Positions 51,916 to 64,000 of a stretch of 64,000 bases of DNA are shown here, one piece after another. Below the pieces are notes generated by a model. That model was not told where the DNA came from. It ran no database searches and saw only the letters and a program-made list of their open reading frames with translations. Each line of letters opens with the position of its first letter. The first letter of the stretch is position 1. The stretch is from positions 1,184,001-1,248,000 of the forward strand of contig CAVUQH010000003.1 of NCBI GenBank assembly GCA_963743525.1, written 5' to 3'. Origin of the DNA: an uncultured delta proteobacterium (GTDB lineage: Bacteria > Myxococcota_A > Polyangia > Haliangiales > Haliangiaceae). The translations under genes were made by a program, and so were the position numbers.

Positions 51916-52615
51916 TGCTCCAGGACGCTCTCGACTACCTGACCGACAGTCACAGCTGGTGGGGTCACAACGGCCTGGTGTGGCTCACGTGGCAGCACCT
52001 CCGGCTGTCGGGTGCCGCGGTGCTGGCCGCCGTCATCGCCGCGGTGCCGCCGGCGCTGTGGCTCGGGCATCGCCGCCAGGGCGGGTACCTGGCCATCTCG
52101 CTGGTGAACCTCAGCCGCGCCCTGCCCACGTTCGCCGTGATCGCCTTCGTGTTCCCGATCTCGCTCGAGTACGGCTTCGGGCTCGGCTTCTGGCCGACGT
52201 TCCTCGCCCTGTTCCTGCTGGCCTTGCCGCCGATCTTCGTCAACACCTACACCGGCGTCAGCGACCTCAGCGACGACGTCGTCGAGGCGGCCCGGGCCAT
52301 GGGGATGCGCGAGCGCGAGGTGCTGCGCTCGGTGGAGCTGCCGGCGGCCATGCCGTTGATCGCCACCGGCGTGCGCGTCTCCGCCGTCCAGGTCGTGGCC
52401 ACCACCACCCTGGGGGCGCTGGTGGGCTTCCGGTGCCTCGGCACCCCTATCCTCCAGGCGATCGCCACCAGCAACGACGGCCAGCTCATCGTCGCCGCCC
52501 TCCTCGTCGCCGCCGTCTCCCTGCTCACCGAGGCTGCCTTCGGGATCCTCGGGCGTCGCCTGACGCCCTGGCGCCCAGGTCCCGCACCTCACCGTGAACC
52601 CGTGATCGACCGTGA
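51915..52615 (+). CDS. Osmoprotectant ABC transporter permease (3' end approximate)
   Basis: RALPTFAV, PPIFVNTY, EAARAMGM, VELPAA. Confidence 0.85.
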
Positions 52616-52634
52616 CATGCGAAAGGAACCATCC

Positions 52635-53599
52635 ATGAAGAAACGCACGCTCCTCATCGCCATCCTGGCGATGTTCGCCCTGTTCGCCGCCGCGTGCGGC
52701 GACGACGACACCGCCCCGGCGAGCTCGGCGACGCGGCACCGCAGGACAGCGGCTCCAGCTCCACCACCGCCGCCCCCGACGGACCGACCATCAAGATCGG
52801 CGCCCAGGACTTCGGCGAATCCGCCGTGCTGGCCCAGATCTACGGCCAGGTGCTCGAGGCCAACGGCTACGACGTCGAGCAGGTCAGCGTCGGCGGCTAC
52901 CGCGAGGTGCTGCTGGGCGCGTTCGACAACGGCGAGGTCAACATGAGCCCGGAGTACGCCGCCTCCATGCTCGAGTACCTCAACGAGCAACGCCGGCGAG
53001 GCCACCGGCGACGCCCAGGAGACCGTGCAGCTGCTGCAGAAGCAGCTCGACGGCATCGGACTGGTGGCGCTCGACCCGGCACCCGCCGTCGACACCAACG
53101 CCTTCGTCGTGACCCAGGAGACCTCCGACTCCGAGGGTCTGACCAAGCTCTCCGACCTGCCCGCCGACGGCGGCGACCTGTCGCTCGGCGCCCCCCAGGA
53201 CTGCGAGACCAACCCGTTCTGCCTGCCCGGACTCCAGCGGGTCTACGGCGTCGACCTCAGCGGCAACTTCCAGCCCCTCGATGCCAGCCTCGTGGCCGAC
53301 GCCCTGGCGTCGGGCGAGGTGCAGATCGGCGTGCTGTTCTCCACCAGCGGACGCATCGCCGACGAGGGCTGGGTGCTGCTCGAGGACGACCAGAACATGC
53401 TGGCCGCCGACAACGTCACGCCGGTGATCAGCGACGAGCTGCAGACGCCTACGGCGACGACCTCACCTCGCTGCTGAACGAGATCAGCGCGGCGATCGAC
53501 ACCGACACCCTCGCCGGGCTCAACAAGAGGTTCGAGATCGACAAGGAGGACGCCGACGCGGTGGCCGCCGACTTCATCTCCCAGGCCGGCCTGGGATAA
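52635..53599 (+). CDS. Osmoprotectant ABC substrate-binding lipoprotein (frameshifted)
   Basis: Lipobox FAAAC; IGAQDFGES, PEY, FCLPGLQRVYG, LEDD. Confidence 0.85.
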
Positions 53600-53660
53600 G
53601 GCGCAGGGCCCCGGGGCCCGTAGGATGTGATGTTCCCCCTACGCGGCCCCGGAGGCTCTC

Positions 53661-55533
53661 TTGGCAATTCGCGCCGATCTGCGCAACGTGGCGATCGTCG
53701 CCCACGTCGACCACGGCAAGACCACCCTCGTCGACAAGATGCTCTGGCAGTCCGGCGCGTTCCGCGAGAACCAGGACGTCGCCGAGCGGGTCATGGACTC
53801 GATGGACCTCGAGAAGGAGAAGGGCATCACGATCCTGGCCAAGAACACGGCGATCCCGTACGTGGCCCAGGACGGCGAACCGGTGAAGATCAACATCGTC
53901 GACACGCCCGGCCACGCCGACTTCGGCGGCGAGGTCGAGCGGGCCCTGTCGATGGTCGACGGCATCCTGCTGCTGGTCGACGCCAGCGAGGGCCCGCTGC
54001 CCCAGACCCGCTTCGTGCTCCGCAAGGCGCTCGAGGCCCGGCTGCCGGTCATCCTCGTGGTCAACAAGGTCGACCGCCCCGACTCGCGCATCGACGAGGT
54101 CGTCCACGAGGTCGAGGAGCTGTTCCTCGACCTCGACGCCGACGAGCACCAGATCGACTTCCCGATCGTCTACTGCGTGGCCCGCGACGGGCGGGCCTCG
54201 ATGGAGCGGCCCGACGACGGCGCCGGGCTGCCCGAGGGCGCCACGCTCAAGCCGCTGCTCGACCTGCTCGTCGAGCACATCCCCGCCCCCGACTACGACG
54301 AGGCCATGCCCGCTGCAGGCGCTGGTCACCAACCTCGACTCGTCCCCGTACCTGGGTCGCCTGGCGCTGTGCCGCGTCGCGCAACGGCCACATCCGCAAG
54401 GGCCAGTACGGTGATGTGGTGCAAGGCCGACGGCACCCAGGAGCGGGTGAAGCTCGGCGAGCTGTTCATCACCGAGAACCTCGATCGCGTGCCGGCCGAC
54501 GAGCGCCGGTCCGGGCGAGATCATCGCCATCGCCGGCATCGACGAGATCACCATCGGCGAGACCCTCGCCGACGCCGACGACCCCCACCCGCTCCCGGTC
54601 ATCACCATCGACGAGCCCAGCCTGTCGATGACCATCGGCATCAACACCTCGCCGCTGGCCGGCAAGGACGGCACCGAAGATGACCGCCCGCCTGGTGAAG
54701 GCCCGCCTCGACGCCGAGCTCATCGGCAACGTCTCGATCCGGGTGCTGCCCACCGAACGGCCCGACACCTGGGAGGTCCAGGGGCGAGGCGAGCTCCAGC
54801 TGGCCGTGCTGGTCGAGATGATGCGACGCGAGGGCTTCGAGCTCACCGTCGGCAAGCCCCAGGTGCTCACCCGGGAGATCGACGGCAAGGTCCACGAGCC
54901 CGTCGACCGGGTCACCGTCGACGTTCCCGACGACTACCTCGGGGTGGTCACAGCAGCTGCTGGCCGTGCGCAAGGGCCGCATCGAGCAGATCGTCAACCA
55001 CGGCACCGGCTGGGTGCGGCTCGACTACCTGGTGCCCGCCCGCGGGCTCATCGGCTTCCGCACCGAGCTGCTCACCGAGACCAGGGGCACGGCGCTGCTG
55101 CACCACGTCTTCGACTGCTTCGAGCCCTGGGCCGGCGAGATCCGCGCCCGCCGCAACGGCTCGCTGGTCGCCGACCGCAGCGGCGAGACCCGCAGCTACT
55201 CGCTGCTGTCGCTCCAGGACCGTGGCCAGCTGTTCGTCGGTCCGGGCGTGGCGGTGTACGAGGGCATGGTCATCGGCGAGAACGCCCGCACCGAGGACAT
55301 GGACGTCAACCCCACGAAGGAGAAGAAGCAGACCAACGTCCGCGCCTCGTCGGCCGACAACTTCGAGAAGCTGATCCCGCCCGACGCTGCTGTCGCTCGA
55401 GCAGGCGCTGGAGCACATCGCCGACGACGAGTGCGTCGAGGTCACGCCCAGCCACGTCCGGATCCGCAAGGTCGAGCTCGACCAGAACCTGCGGGCCCGG
55501 GCGGCCAAGCGGGCCAAGACCGCCGCTGGCTGA
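53661..55533 (+). CDS. typA: Translational GTPase TypA/BipA (TTG start, frameshifted)
   Basis: [59 protein letters not shown]. Confidence 0.95.
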
Positions 55534-55550
55534 GCAATAGGGTGCGCGGC

Positions 55551-56674
55551 GTGCTGATCGGAACGCCGACCGAGATCAAGAGCGCCGAGAAGCGGGTGGG
55601 CCTGAGCCCGCCCAGCGTCCGCGAACTGGTGGCCCACGGGCACGACGTCGATGATCGAGCGGGGCGCCGGCGCCGGCATCGGCGCCAGCGACGACGACTA
55701 CGAGCGGGTCGGCGCCCGCCTGGTCGACGGCCCCGGCGAGATCTACGGCACCGCCGAGCTGGTGGTGAAGGTCAAGGAGCCCCAGCGCCGTCGAGCGGGC
55801 CCTGCTGCGCGCCGACCAGACGCTGTTCACCTACCTGCACCTGGCCCCCGACGCCGAGCAGACGCGCGACCTCGTCGAGGCGGGTACCACCTGCATCGCC
55901 TACGAGACGGTCACCGACGCGTTCGGGCGACTGCCCCTGCTGGCCCCCATGTCCCAGGTGGCGGGGCGCATGTCGGTGCAGGCGGGCGCCCACGCGCTGG
56001 AGGCCGCCCAGGGCGGCGCCGGCCTGCTCCTGGGGGGTGTCCCCGGCGTGCACTCGGGCAAGGTCGTGGTCATCGGCGGCGGCGTCGTCGGCGAGAACGC
56101 CATCGAGATGGCCGTGGGCCTCGGCGCTCTGGTGACGGTGGTCGACAAGAACCTCGACGTCCTCGCCCACCTCAACCAGCGCTTCGGCGCCACGCTGGAG
56201 ACCGTCTACTCGACCCGCACGGCGATCGAAGACCTGGTGGCCACGGCCGACCTGGTGATCGGCGCCGTGCTGGTGAAGGGCTCGCGGGCGCCCAAGCTGG
56301 TCACCGAGGACATGGTCCGCACCATGAGGCCCGGATCCGTGCTGGTCGACGTGGCCATCGACCAGGGCGGCTGCTTCGCCACGTCGCACCCCACGACGCA
56401 CGCCGAGCCGACGTTCGTGGTCGACGACGTCGTCCACTACTGCGTGGCCAACATGCCCGGCGCGGTGCCGCGGACGTCGACCCACGCGCTCAACAACGCC
56501 ACGCTGCCCTTCGTGCTCGCCCTGGCCGACCACGGCCCGGCCGGGGCGATGCGGCGCGACCCGCACCTGCGCAACGGGCTCAACGTGGCCCGGGGCATGG
56601 TCACCGAGCCCGCCGTCGCCGAGGCCCTCGGCTACGAGTACCACGACCCGGCCGCCGTGCTCGATCGCCTCTGA
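55551..56674 (+). CDS. ald: Alanine dehydrogenase (frameshifted)
   Basis: [56 protein letters not shown]. Confidence 0.95.
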
Positions 56675-56690
56675 TCCGGTCGGGCCTGGT

Positions 56691-57455
56691 TCAGGCGGCC
56701 CCGTCGTTGGCGCGCAACACGGTCTCGTAGGTCTCGGTGGGCGACCACTGGGCCACGAACGTGTAGCGGTCGCCCCGGATGATCGTCTCCCGCCACTCGA
56801 GCGGCGTGCCGTTGGCGGTCGCCAGGCGGTGGATGCGGAAGACGGGCTGGCGGGCGGCGGTGCCGAGCAGGTCGCGCTCGGCTTGGTCGGGCAGCTCGGT
56901 GGCGATCCACTCGGTGCCCGAGGTCGGCCGCACGCCACAGCGACTGGCCAGCTCGTCGTAGAGGGCGGTGTGGGTGAAGTCGACGTCGAGCAGCGGTGCG
57001 GCGATCGAGGCCGGCAGCCACGCCGTGTCGTGGGCGAGCACGTGGGCGTCGGCGCTGCGCAGTCGCTCGAGCCGGATCAGGGGTTCGGACCCGTCGAGAC
57101 CGAGCCGGCGGGCCCGCTCGGGGTCGGTGACGCGGGACAGGTCGAGGACCTCGCTGCGCTGTTCGAGCCCGCTGGTCTCGATCGACCGGAACAGGCTGTA
57201 GATGGCGCCGGTGGGCTGTTCGATGGTCGGGCTGCGCACGAAGGTGCCCCGGCCGCGCTCGCGGCTCACGATGCCCTCGTTCTGCAGGCGGCGCACCGCC
57301 TCGCGGGCGGTGTGGCGGGAGACGCCGTACTCGGTGGTGAGCTGGAGGTCGGTCGGGAACTCCTCGACGAACTCGCCGGCGTCGAGCCGGGCCCGCAGGT
57401 CCTCGAGGAGCTGGGCCCACAGGGGCATGGGGCTGGACCGATCAACCGGGCGCAT
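56691..57455 (-). CDS. GntR family regulator, HutC/UTRA subfamily
   Basis: [28 protein letters not shown]-like C-terminus RGDRY. Confidence 0.9.
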   Translation of the reverse strand: MRPVDRSSPMPLWAQLLEDLRARLDAGEFVEEFPTDLQLTTEYGVSRHTAREAVRRLQNEGIVSRERGRGTFVRSPTIEQPTGAIYSLFRSIETSGLEQRSEVLDLSRVTDPERARRLGLDGSEPLIRLERLRSADAHVLAHDTAWLPASIAAPLLDVDFTHTALYDELASRCGVRPTSGTEWIATELPDQAERDLLGTAARQPVFRIHRLATANGTPLEWRETIIRGDRYTFVAQWSPTETYETVLRANDGAA

Positions 57456-57629
57456 GTGTCTGAATGTACGGATGTGCCGGCCCCGGTGCAATCACCGGGC
57501 GCAGGAGCGTGCGACCAAGGTGTGTCGCCCGGTTCGAGGGAGCCGCCAGGCGACCGTGCGTCGAGCAGCGCAACGCGTCTGCGTGTACGCGCCGCTGAGG
57601 AGCGTGCGACGAAGCGGCAGGAGATACAG

Positions 57630-57702
57630 CACCCCGTACGGGATTCGAACCCGTGTTGCCGGCGTGAGAGGCCGGTGTCCTAGGCCGCTAGACGAACGGG
57701 GC
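57630..57702 (-). tRNA. tRNA-Glu(CTC)
   Basis: GCCCCGTTCGTCTAGCGGCCTAGGACACCGGCCTCTCACGCCGGCAACACGGGTTCGAATCCCGTACGGGGTG; CCA not encoded. Confidence 0.95.
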
Positions 57703-57743
57703 AGGGCCGGGCGATCCTACCCACGGTGGTGAGAGCGCCAAAG

Positions 57744-57815
57744 TTCGGGCGGGAGGACTCGAACCCCCAATGGCTGGACCAGAACCAGCTGTGTTGCCAA
57801 TTACACCACGCCCGA
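57744..57815 (-). tRNA. tRNA-Gln(CTG)
   Basis: TCGGGCGTGGTGTAATTGGCAACACAGCTGGTTCTGGTCCAGCCATTGGGGGTTCGAGTCCTCCCGCCCGAA; CCA not encoded. Confidence 0.95.
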
Positions 57816-57834
57816 GCGGTGGGGACGGACGACG

Positions 57835-58492
57835 CTATCCGACGGGACCGAGCGAACGCACACCCGACAGGGATCCGTCGAGGTTCACCAGGCGGCGGAA
57901 GCCGATGATCCGGCCGAGGGCCACGGCGGCTGTCTCGCGGCCGTACGCCTTGACCTCGCGCGGCGAACGACAGACCGGGGTCGACGGGCGACACCTGGGC
58001 CCGGAGCCCGAGCTCGTGGGCGATCCGATCGAGCCGGTACGCGTGGTAGTCGTCGCTCACCAGCACCACGTCGTCGATGTGCCGGTTGCGCAGGAACCGG
58101 GTGGCGGCGGCCAGCTGCTCCCAGGTGTTGTCGCCGTTCTCCTCGCGCAGGATGGCCGATTCGGGCACGTCGTGGGCGCGGAGGTACTCGTAGCCCGCCG
58201 CCGCCTCGGTGAAGCGGTCGCCGGGCTTCTTGCCGCCGGTCACGACGATGGTGCGGGCGACCCCCTGCTGGTACAGCTCGACGGCGTGGGCCAGGCGGCC
58301 TCGCAGCACCGGGGAGGGCCGGCCGTCGTACTGGGCGGCGCCGAGGACGATGATCGCCTGCGCCGGCCGGTGCGACTCGCGCCCGCTGGCCCACACCACC
58401 TGGGCGAACGTGATCAGCAGGTACGCCGCGCCGATCACGAACACGATCATCGCGGCGCGGACGGAAAGTCGCAGGAGGCGCCGGAAGATCAC
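57835..58492 (-). CDS. YdcF/DUF218 family protein (frameshift near the 3' end)
   Basis: IIVLGAAQYDGRPS, VVTGG, TEA, NTWE, VSDDYH..R. Confidence 0.85.
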
Positions 58493-58583
58493 CGCGGCGA
58501 TGGTACTGACGGCCCCCGGCCCTCCCGGGCGCGCCGTTCGGGGTCCCCGTCGCGGCTCGCCGACGCGTGCCAGCCTGGCGAGC

Positions 58584-59024
58584 GTGGAGCAGATCATCGA
58601 CGACGAGACCGCGGTCGTCATCACCGGCGCTGCGGCCGTCCCGCCCGAGCAGGTGTGGCACACCATCGTGGACCGGACCGCCGACTGGTGGGGCGCCCCC
58701 TACCTCCCCGACGGGGGCGACGCCATGCGGCTCGAGCCACGCCTCGGTGGCCGCGTGTGGTCGGGCGCGCCCGACGCCTCCGCAGGTGAGCTGCACGGCA
58801 CGATCCGGGCGTTCGATCCGCCCGAGCGCCTGGAGATCGGCGGCGTGCTGGTGCCGGGCGCCTACGCCGGCTCGATCACCGTCACCATCGACCGCACCCG
58901 CTTCGGCTCCGAGATCCGGGTCGAGCAGATGGCACACGGGCGCATCGAAGCCGCCGTCGAGGAACGCATCGCCAACGGCTGGACCCGTCTGCTGGCGGCG
59001 CTCACCGCGCTGGCCGACGAGTAA
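58584..59024 (+). CDS. SRPBCC domain protein
   Basis: VPPEQVW...WW, LEPRLGGR, FDPPERL, GWTRLL. Confidence 0.75.
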   Translation: MEQIIDDETAVVITGAAAVPPEQVWHTIVDRTADWWGAPYLPDGGDAMRLEPRLGGRVWSGAPDASAGELHGTIRAFDPPERLEIGGVLVPGAYAGSITVTIDRTRFGSEIRVEQMAHGRIEAAVEERIANGWTRLLAALTALADE

Positions 59025-59039
59025 CCGGGCCCGCGCCCG

Positions 59040-60387
59040 CTAGCCGAGCGCGGCGTCGACCTCGGCGGCCACCCGCTCGCCCGACTCGATGGCGCCGTCG
59101 ATGTAGCCCATCCACCGCCGGGCGGTCTCGGTGCCGGCCCAGTGCAGGACGCCCACGGGGCGGCGCAGGCCCGGACCCAGCTGCGTCCAGGCACCCGGCG
59201 GCAGGTGGGCGCCGTAGCAGCCCCGCGTGAAGGGCTCCTCGCTCCAGTCGCGCTCGGCATAACCGATGGGGTCGGCCGCCCGCTCGCCCAGTGCGGACGT
59301 CAGGACCTCGACCACGTGCGCTCGGCGGCCTTCCTCGCCGAGATCGGCGGCGGCGATGGCCTGCGCCCCCTCGAAGAAGCCGGTGATCACGCCGCGTGTC
59401 CCGTCCGGCGGTGAGCAGTCGAACGTCACGTCGATGCGGCCCCCGACGTCGAGCACCTCGCCCGACAGCCCGTCGTCTCGCCACCAGGGTGATGCGTAGA
59501 CGACGTGGAACTTGATGACCGAACCGGCCGGCATGCGCTGGGTGAGCTGGTCGCGCCAGGCGGGCAACGCCGGCGAGTAGTCGAGCCGCCCGGCCAGGGT
59601 GGGCGGGATGGCCACCACGGCGCGCCGGGCGGTGACCGACCCGCCGTCGTGGGCGACCTCGACACCGTCGTCGCCGTGCGCGATGCGACGAACCGGCGCA
59701 CCGAGCTGCACCACATCGCCCAGCGAGCCGGCCAGCGCCTCGGCCAAGGGGCGCACGCCGCCGACCAGCCGGTCCTGCTGGGCGCCTCCCTCGGTGTCGG
59801 TCAGCCGGCTCCAGCCGCCTGCGGAGGCGCAGTAGAAGCAGAAGTGCAGCACCGAGATGTTGGCCGGCTCGGTGGCGAACACGGCCTGGATGCCGAGCGT
59901 CAGCAGGTCGACGGCCTCGGCGTCGGGCATGTGCTGGGCCATCCAGCTGGCCATGGTGGTGGCGTCGAGGGTCTGGGCGTCGGGTCCGGCCCACGGCTCG
60001 TCGACGTCGACGGTCTGGCTGAGCTCCTCGAGCGCGCCGACGGCCTCGAGGTAGCCGACGATGGCGTCGTCGGGAACGCCGTCGACGAAGCTCCCCGCCC
60101 GCCGGCGGGTCCCGGCACGCAGGACGACGGCGTCACCGAGCTCGTGCTGTGGGAACGTCTCGACGCCGAACTCGGCGGCCAGGTCGTACAGGCGCTGCTG
60201 GCCGGGACCGACCCACTGGCCGCCCAGGTCGACCACCGCACCCGCCACCTCGGTGGTGTCGGTGCGCCCGCCCACCCGGTCGCGGGCCTCGAGCACGCGT
60301 ACCGAGCGGCCGGCCTCGATCAGGCGGCGGGCGGCGGTGAGGCCGGCGAACCCGGCCCCGATGCACGACGACGTCGATGTCGGGCAC
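59040..60387 (-). CDS. Flavin monoamine oxidase family protein (frameshift near the start)
   Basis: GAGFAGL, EARDRVGGR, DLGGQWVGP, DWSEEPFTRGCY, HWAGTETA..WMGYIDGAIESG. Confidence 0.9.
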
Positions 60388-60408
60388 GGCCCGAGCATCG
60401 CACACACG

Positions 60409-60922
60409 TCAGCCGTTGCGGGCCAGGTACTCGTCGGGGTCGCGGTCCTCGGCGTCGATGCCGCCGGCGTGCTCGGCCTCGTAGCGGGCGAACTGCACGC
60501 CCAGGCGGTGGCGCTCGTCGAGGTCGCTGTGCTGGCGGAAGTCGGCCAGCGCCTGGCGCTCCTCCTCACCCATGTGGTCGCTGTTGGACTCGCGCGTCTG
60601 CACCACGCCGTCCCACCAGCCGTCGCTGCCGACCTCGTGCTCGGCCGCCGCCGCGATGCCGTCACGGATGTCGTTGTGGTCGGTGATGGCGTCCTCGGTC
60701 TCCTCCTCGGCGTCGTCGGCGTCGGTGGCCCCGGTGCCGATGTCGAGCAGACGGCGGGTAGAAGAGGTCCTCCTCGGCGGCGGCGTGGACCTCGAGCAGG
60801 ACGCAGAGCCGATCCCACACGGCGGCCAGCGTGTCGGTGTCGTCACGATCGATGTCGTCGAGCATGGCGAACATGCGCCGTTGCTCGTCGTGGTCGCGGA
60901 GGATCAGCTCGGTGATGTCCAT
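60409..60922 (-). CDS. Hemerythrin-like (HHE) domain protein (frameshifted)
   Basis: MDITELILRDH, HAAAEEDLFYP, DH, HMGEEE. Confidence 0.85.
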
Positions 60923-60977
60923 GCGGTGCGCTCTACCCCGGAGGGACACCGTGCATGTCTCGGGCGATGTCGTCGGG

Positions 60978-61510
60978 TCAGTCGTCGAGCGACAGCTGGT
61001 CGCGCCAGTCGGCGGCGTGGCGCCGGGCGACCTCGTCGGGAGTCTGGCGCAGCACCTCGGCCGGCACCATGTCGGCGATGCGGCGCAGCTCCATGTAGTG
61101 GTGGAAGTGGCCCACCTCTTCGAACAGCTCGCTGCGCAGACGGACCAGCGCCGGATCGGCCTCGGCGTCGAGGAACCCGAACAGGATGGCGGCGACGCGC
61201 AGGTCGTGCATCACCGGTGCCCGACCGACGATCGACGCCCGCTTGAGGGCGACGGCGACGATGCCGACCAGGGCGTCGGCGGCGTGCTCGCCGGCGGTGA
61301 GCTGCAGCTCGGGCTCGAGGAGCCGGGCCAGCTTGAGGGCGTACCCCTGGTCGGGCCCGGGGCTCCCAGGGCGTCGCCCGTGGGCTGGCGGTGCTCGTCG
61401 GCGAAGTCGGCGGGACGCTCGGCCCGCCACGTGTCGGGCCGTCGGGGCGGCGACACGTAGGCGCGGACGGTGTCGGTCGGCTTCGTCGGGACGTGCTCGG
61501 GCGCTGCCAC
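60978..61510 (-). CDS. Hypothetical protein (frameshifted)
   Basis: YVSPP...W...RP...PGPDQGYALKLA...ALKRASIVGRAPV. Confidence 0.7.
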
Positions 61511-61520
61511 GGACCTGATG

Positions 61521-61947
61521 CTAGGGCGGCACCGGCTCGGCGATGAAGATCGGCCGCGGCGCGACGTCGTCGATGTCGACGGCGAGGGCGGGGACCTCCC
61601 ACAGCCAGCGCTGGCGGCTGAGGTCGCGGTCGGGGTCGCCGGGGAAGTTCGGGTACTTGCGGTCCATGAGCTCGCCGACCAGCCGGCGCTCGTCGCTGCG
61701 CCCGGCGGGGCGGGCCGTGCCGTGGAAGCGCCGGTCGCCCACCACGACCTCGACGTCGTCGTCGGCCATGGCGTTGCGGTACCAGTCGGCCTCGGTGCCG
61801 CTGCCCGACAGGACGTAGACCGCCGGTACCGGTGCTGCAGAACCAGATCTCGATCTCGTGGCGGCGGCCGCTCTGGCGACCGGTCGTGACCAGGACGCAG
61901 ACGTCCTCCTCGGCCTCGCGCTCGGTCAGGACGGTGCTCTGCGCCAT
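61521..61947 (-). CDS. DDN-like deazaflavin-dependent oxidoreductase family (frameshifted)
   Basis: LVTTGRQSG..HEIEIWF, ADWYRN. Confidence 0.75.
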
Positions 61948-61958
61948 CGGGTCTCCCG

Positions 61959-63594
61959 TCAGCTCTCGGTGTGCAGCAGGCCGTAGACGATGGCGTCGAT
62001 GAGGGCGATCCACGACGCCTCGATCACGTTCTCGGACACGCCGACGGTGAACCAGGAGCCGTCGCCGTCGGACGACTCGATCAGCACCCGGGTGACCGCC
62101 TCGGTGCCGACGGCGGTGTCGAGCACCCGGACCCGGTAGTCGACCAGGTGGATGCGCGCCAGCGCCGGGAAGTGGCCGTTGAGCGCCCGGCGCAGCGCCT
62201 GGTCGAGGGCGTTGACCGGGCCGTTGCCCTCGCCCACCGCGATGCGCCGGTCGTCGCCGATCCAGACCTTGACGGTGGCCTCGTTGGTGAGCTCGATGCT
62301 CGCCGTCGACGCCGGGCTCGACCGGCCCGGGCCTTCGCGGTGGTAGGAGCTGACCCGGTAGGACTCGACGCCGGAAGTAGTCCTGGTGCCAGCCGGTGGC
62401 CCGGCGCATGAGCAGCTCGAGCGAGGCGTCGGCGGCCTCGAACACGTAGCCCTGCGCCTCGAGGTCGTTGACCGCTTGGCCAGCTCGGCCGAGGCCTGGG
62501 CGTCGAGCGCGATGCCGAACTCCTCGGCCTTCATGCTCATGCCGGCCCGCCCGCCGAGGTCGGACACCAGCACCCGGGTGTGGTTGCCGACCGCGGCCGG
62601 ATCGACGTGCTCGTAGGCTTGGAGCCGGCCTTGCCCAGCGCCGAGGTGTGCAGGCCGCCCTTGTGGGCGAACGCCGACGTGCCCACGTAGGGATCGGCGG
62701 CGTGCGGCGGCAGGTTGACCAGCTCGGAGACGTGGCGGGAGACCTGCGTGAGCCGGCCGATGTTGCCCTCGGGCAGGCAGCGGATGCCCATCTTCAGCTC
62801 GAGGTTGGGGATGCAGGTCATCAGGTTGGCGTTGCCCGTGCGCTCGCCGTAGCCGTTGACCGTGCCCTGGAGGTGGGTGGCGCCGCCGACCACGGCGGCG
62901 ATGGAGTTGGCCACCGCGCAGCCCGTGTCGTTCTGGGTGTGGATGCCGATCTGGACGTCGTCGCCGAAGTGGCCACGATCTCGGCGGTGATCGCTGCGAC
63001 CTCGTGGGGCAGCGAGCCACCGTTGGTGTCGCACAGCACCAGGCACTCGGCGCCCTCGATGGCGGCGGCCTCGAGCACCCGGTAGCACGAACTCGGGGTT
63101 GGCCTTGTAGCCGTCGAAGCAGTGCTCGGCGTCGAAGAACACCCGCAGCCCGGCGGCCGCGCAGGAACGCGCACCGAGTCGCCGACCATGGCCACGCCTT
63201 CGTCGAGCGTGGTGCCGAGCGCCTCGGTCACGTGGAAGTCCCACGACTTGCCGACGATGCAGGCGGTGGACGTGCCGGCCTCGACCAGGGCCCGCAGCGT
63301 GGGGTCGCTGTCGGTCTTGCCGGCCGGCTTGCGGGTGGACCCGAACGCCACCAGGTCGGCCGTGCCCAGCGCGAGCTCGGACGGCGCCCGGCGGAAGAAC
63401 TCCTGCGTCCTTGGGGTTGGCCTGCGGGTAGCCGCCCTCGATCCAGCGCACGCCGAGGTGGTCGAGCTGCTCGGCGATGCGCAGCTTGTCGTCGACCGAG
63501 AGCGAGATGCCCTCGAACTGGGCGCCGTCCCGCAGCGTCGTGTCGAAGATGTCGACCGTCGCTGACGCTCGCCGGGGTCGGCGCCCGTGGTCAT
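61959..63594 (-). CDS. cimA: Citramalate synthase (frameshifted)
   Basis: DTTLRDGAQFEG, AFGSTR, VGKSWDFHV, DAEH.FDGY, LCDTNGG, NGYGERTGNANL, AFAHKGGLH, EGNGPVNALD. Confidence 0.9.
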
Positions 63595-64000
63595 GCACAG
63601 CTCGACCCAGTCCTTGTACCTGGGCACCTCGCCGCGCACGACCTTGGCGTACTCCTCGGCGATGGCGGCGGTCATCGGGCCCGGGCACGGGATGGGCCGG
63701 TCGTCGACGCTGTTGACCGCGGAGACCTCGGCGGCGGTGCCGCAGACGAACATCTCCTCGGCGACGTAGAGGTCGGAGCGGGCCAGGTCGCCGACCACGA
63801 CCTCGAAGCCGAGGTCGTCGGCGATGGCGTGCACCGTGTACTGGGTGATGCCCTCGAGCGCGCCCGAGCTGACAGCGGCGGGCGTGATGAGCTTGCCGTG
63901 GCGGGCCACGAAGATGTTCTCGCCCGTGCACTCCGACACCAGGCCCTGCGGGTTGAGCATGATCGCCTCGTCGTAGCCGGCCTTGAGCGCCTCGACCTTG
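63591..64000 (-). CDS. ilvE: Branched-chain amino acid aminotransferase, C-terminal part
   Basis: GYDEAIML, ECTGENIF, LEGIT, EMFVCGTAAEV. Confidence 0.92.

Noticed and set aside
51741..52946. Permease fused to the substrate-binding protein
   Set aside because: A separate SD (AAGGA), ATG at 52635 and lipoprotein signal indicate a distinct gene; in-frame run-on is probably an indel or overlap effect
53661..56674. Frameshifts in typA and ald (and many other genes) as pseudogenisation or programmed frameshifting
   Set aside because: Too many, scattered, without slippery sites or in-frame stop decay, and in conserved housekeeping genes; sequencing or consensus error is far more likely
57456..57815. 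Integrative element or prophage at the tRNA pair
   Set aside because: No integrase and no duplicated tRNA 3' end found by eye

Overview
Very GC-rich (roughly 70-75% by eye) actinobacterial chromosomal segment, most likely Acidimicrobiia (inferred from gene content). About 72 protein-coding genes and two tRNAs are recognisable, but many housekeeping genes carry several single-base indels, so the assembly looks like an error-prone consensus and most CDS ends are reconstructed across frameshifts. Contents in order: a LexA-boxed imuA'-imuB-(hydrolase)-dnaE2 mutagenesis cassette preceded by a CarH-signature B12-binding regulator; a split AgrE/ArgZ-type arginine-to-proline gene pair; two single-domain receivers with two sensor kinases; rnhB; a DUF222-HNH gene with a RecA-NDp/PafBC-type promoter; a C69 peptidase; ppk2; gpsA coupled to a six-hairpin glycosidase, divergent from cofC and a PIG-L deacetylase; phoH2; whiB; a stand-alone exonuclease; two divergent AI-2E genes sharing overlapping -10 boxes; tag; ino1; an amidase; a PhyH dioxygenase with a small partner; an ABC1 kinase; two stand-alone NuoF-like paralogues; a His/Cys-rich secreted protein divergent from copC; an osmoprotectant ABC system; typA; ald; a GntR regulator; tRNA-Gln/tRNA-Glu; an amine oxidase; a hemerythrin; cimA and ilvE. 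No CRISPR array, rRNA, integrase or IS transposase was seen. All family calls come from motif recognition by eye; no database search was run.
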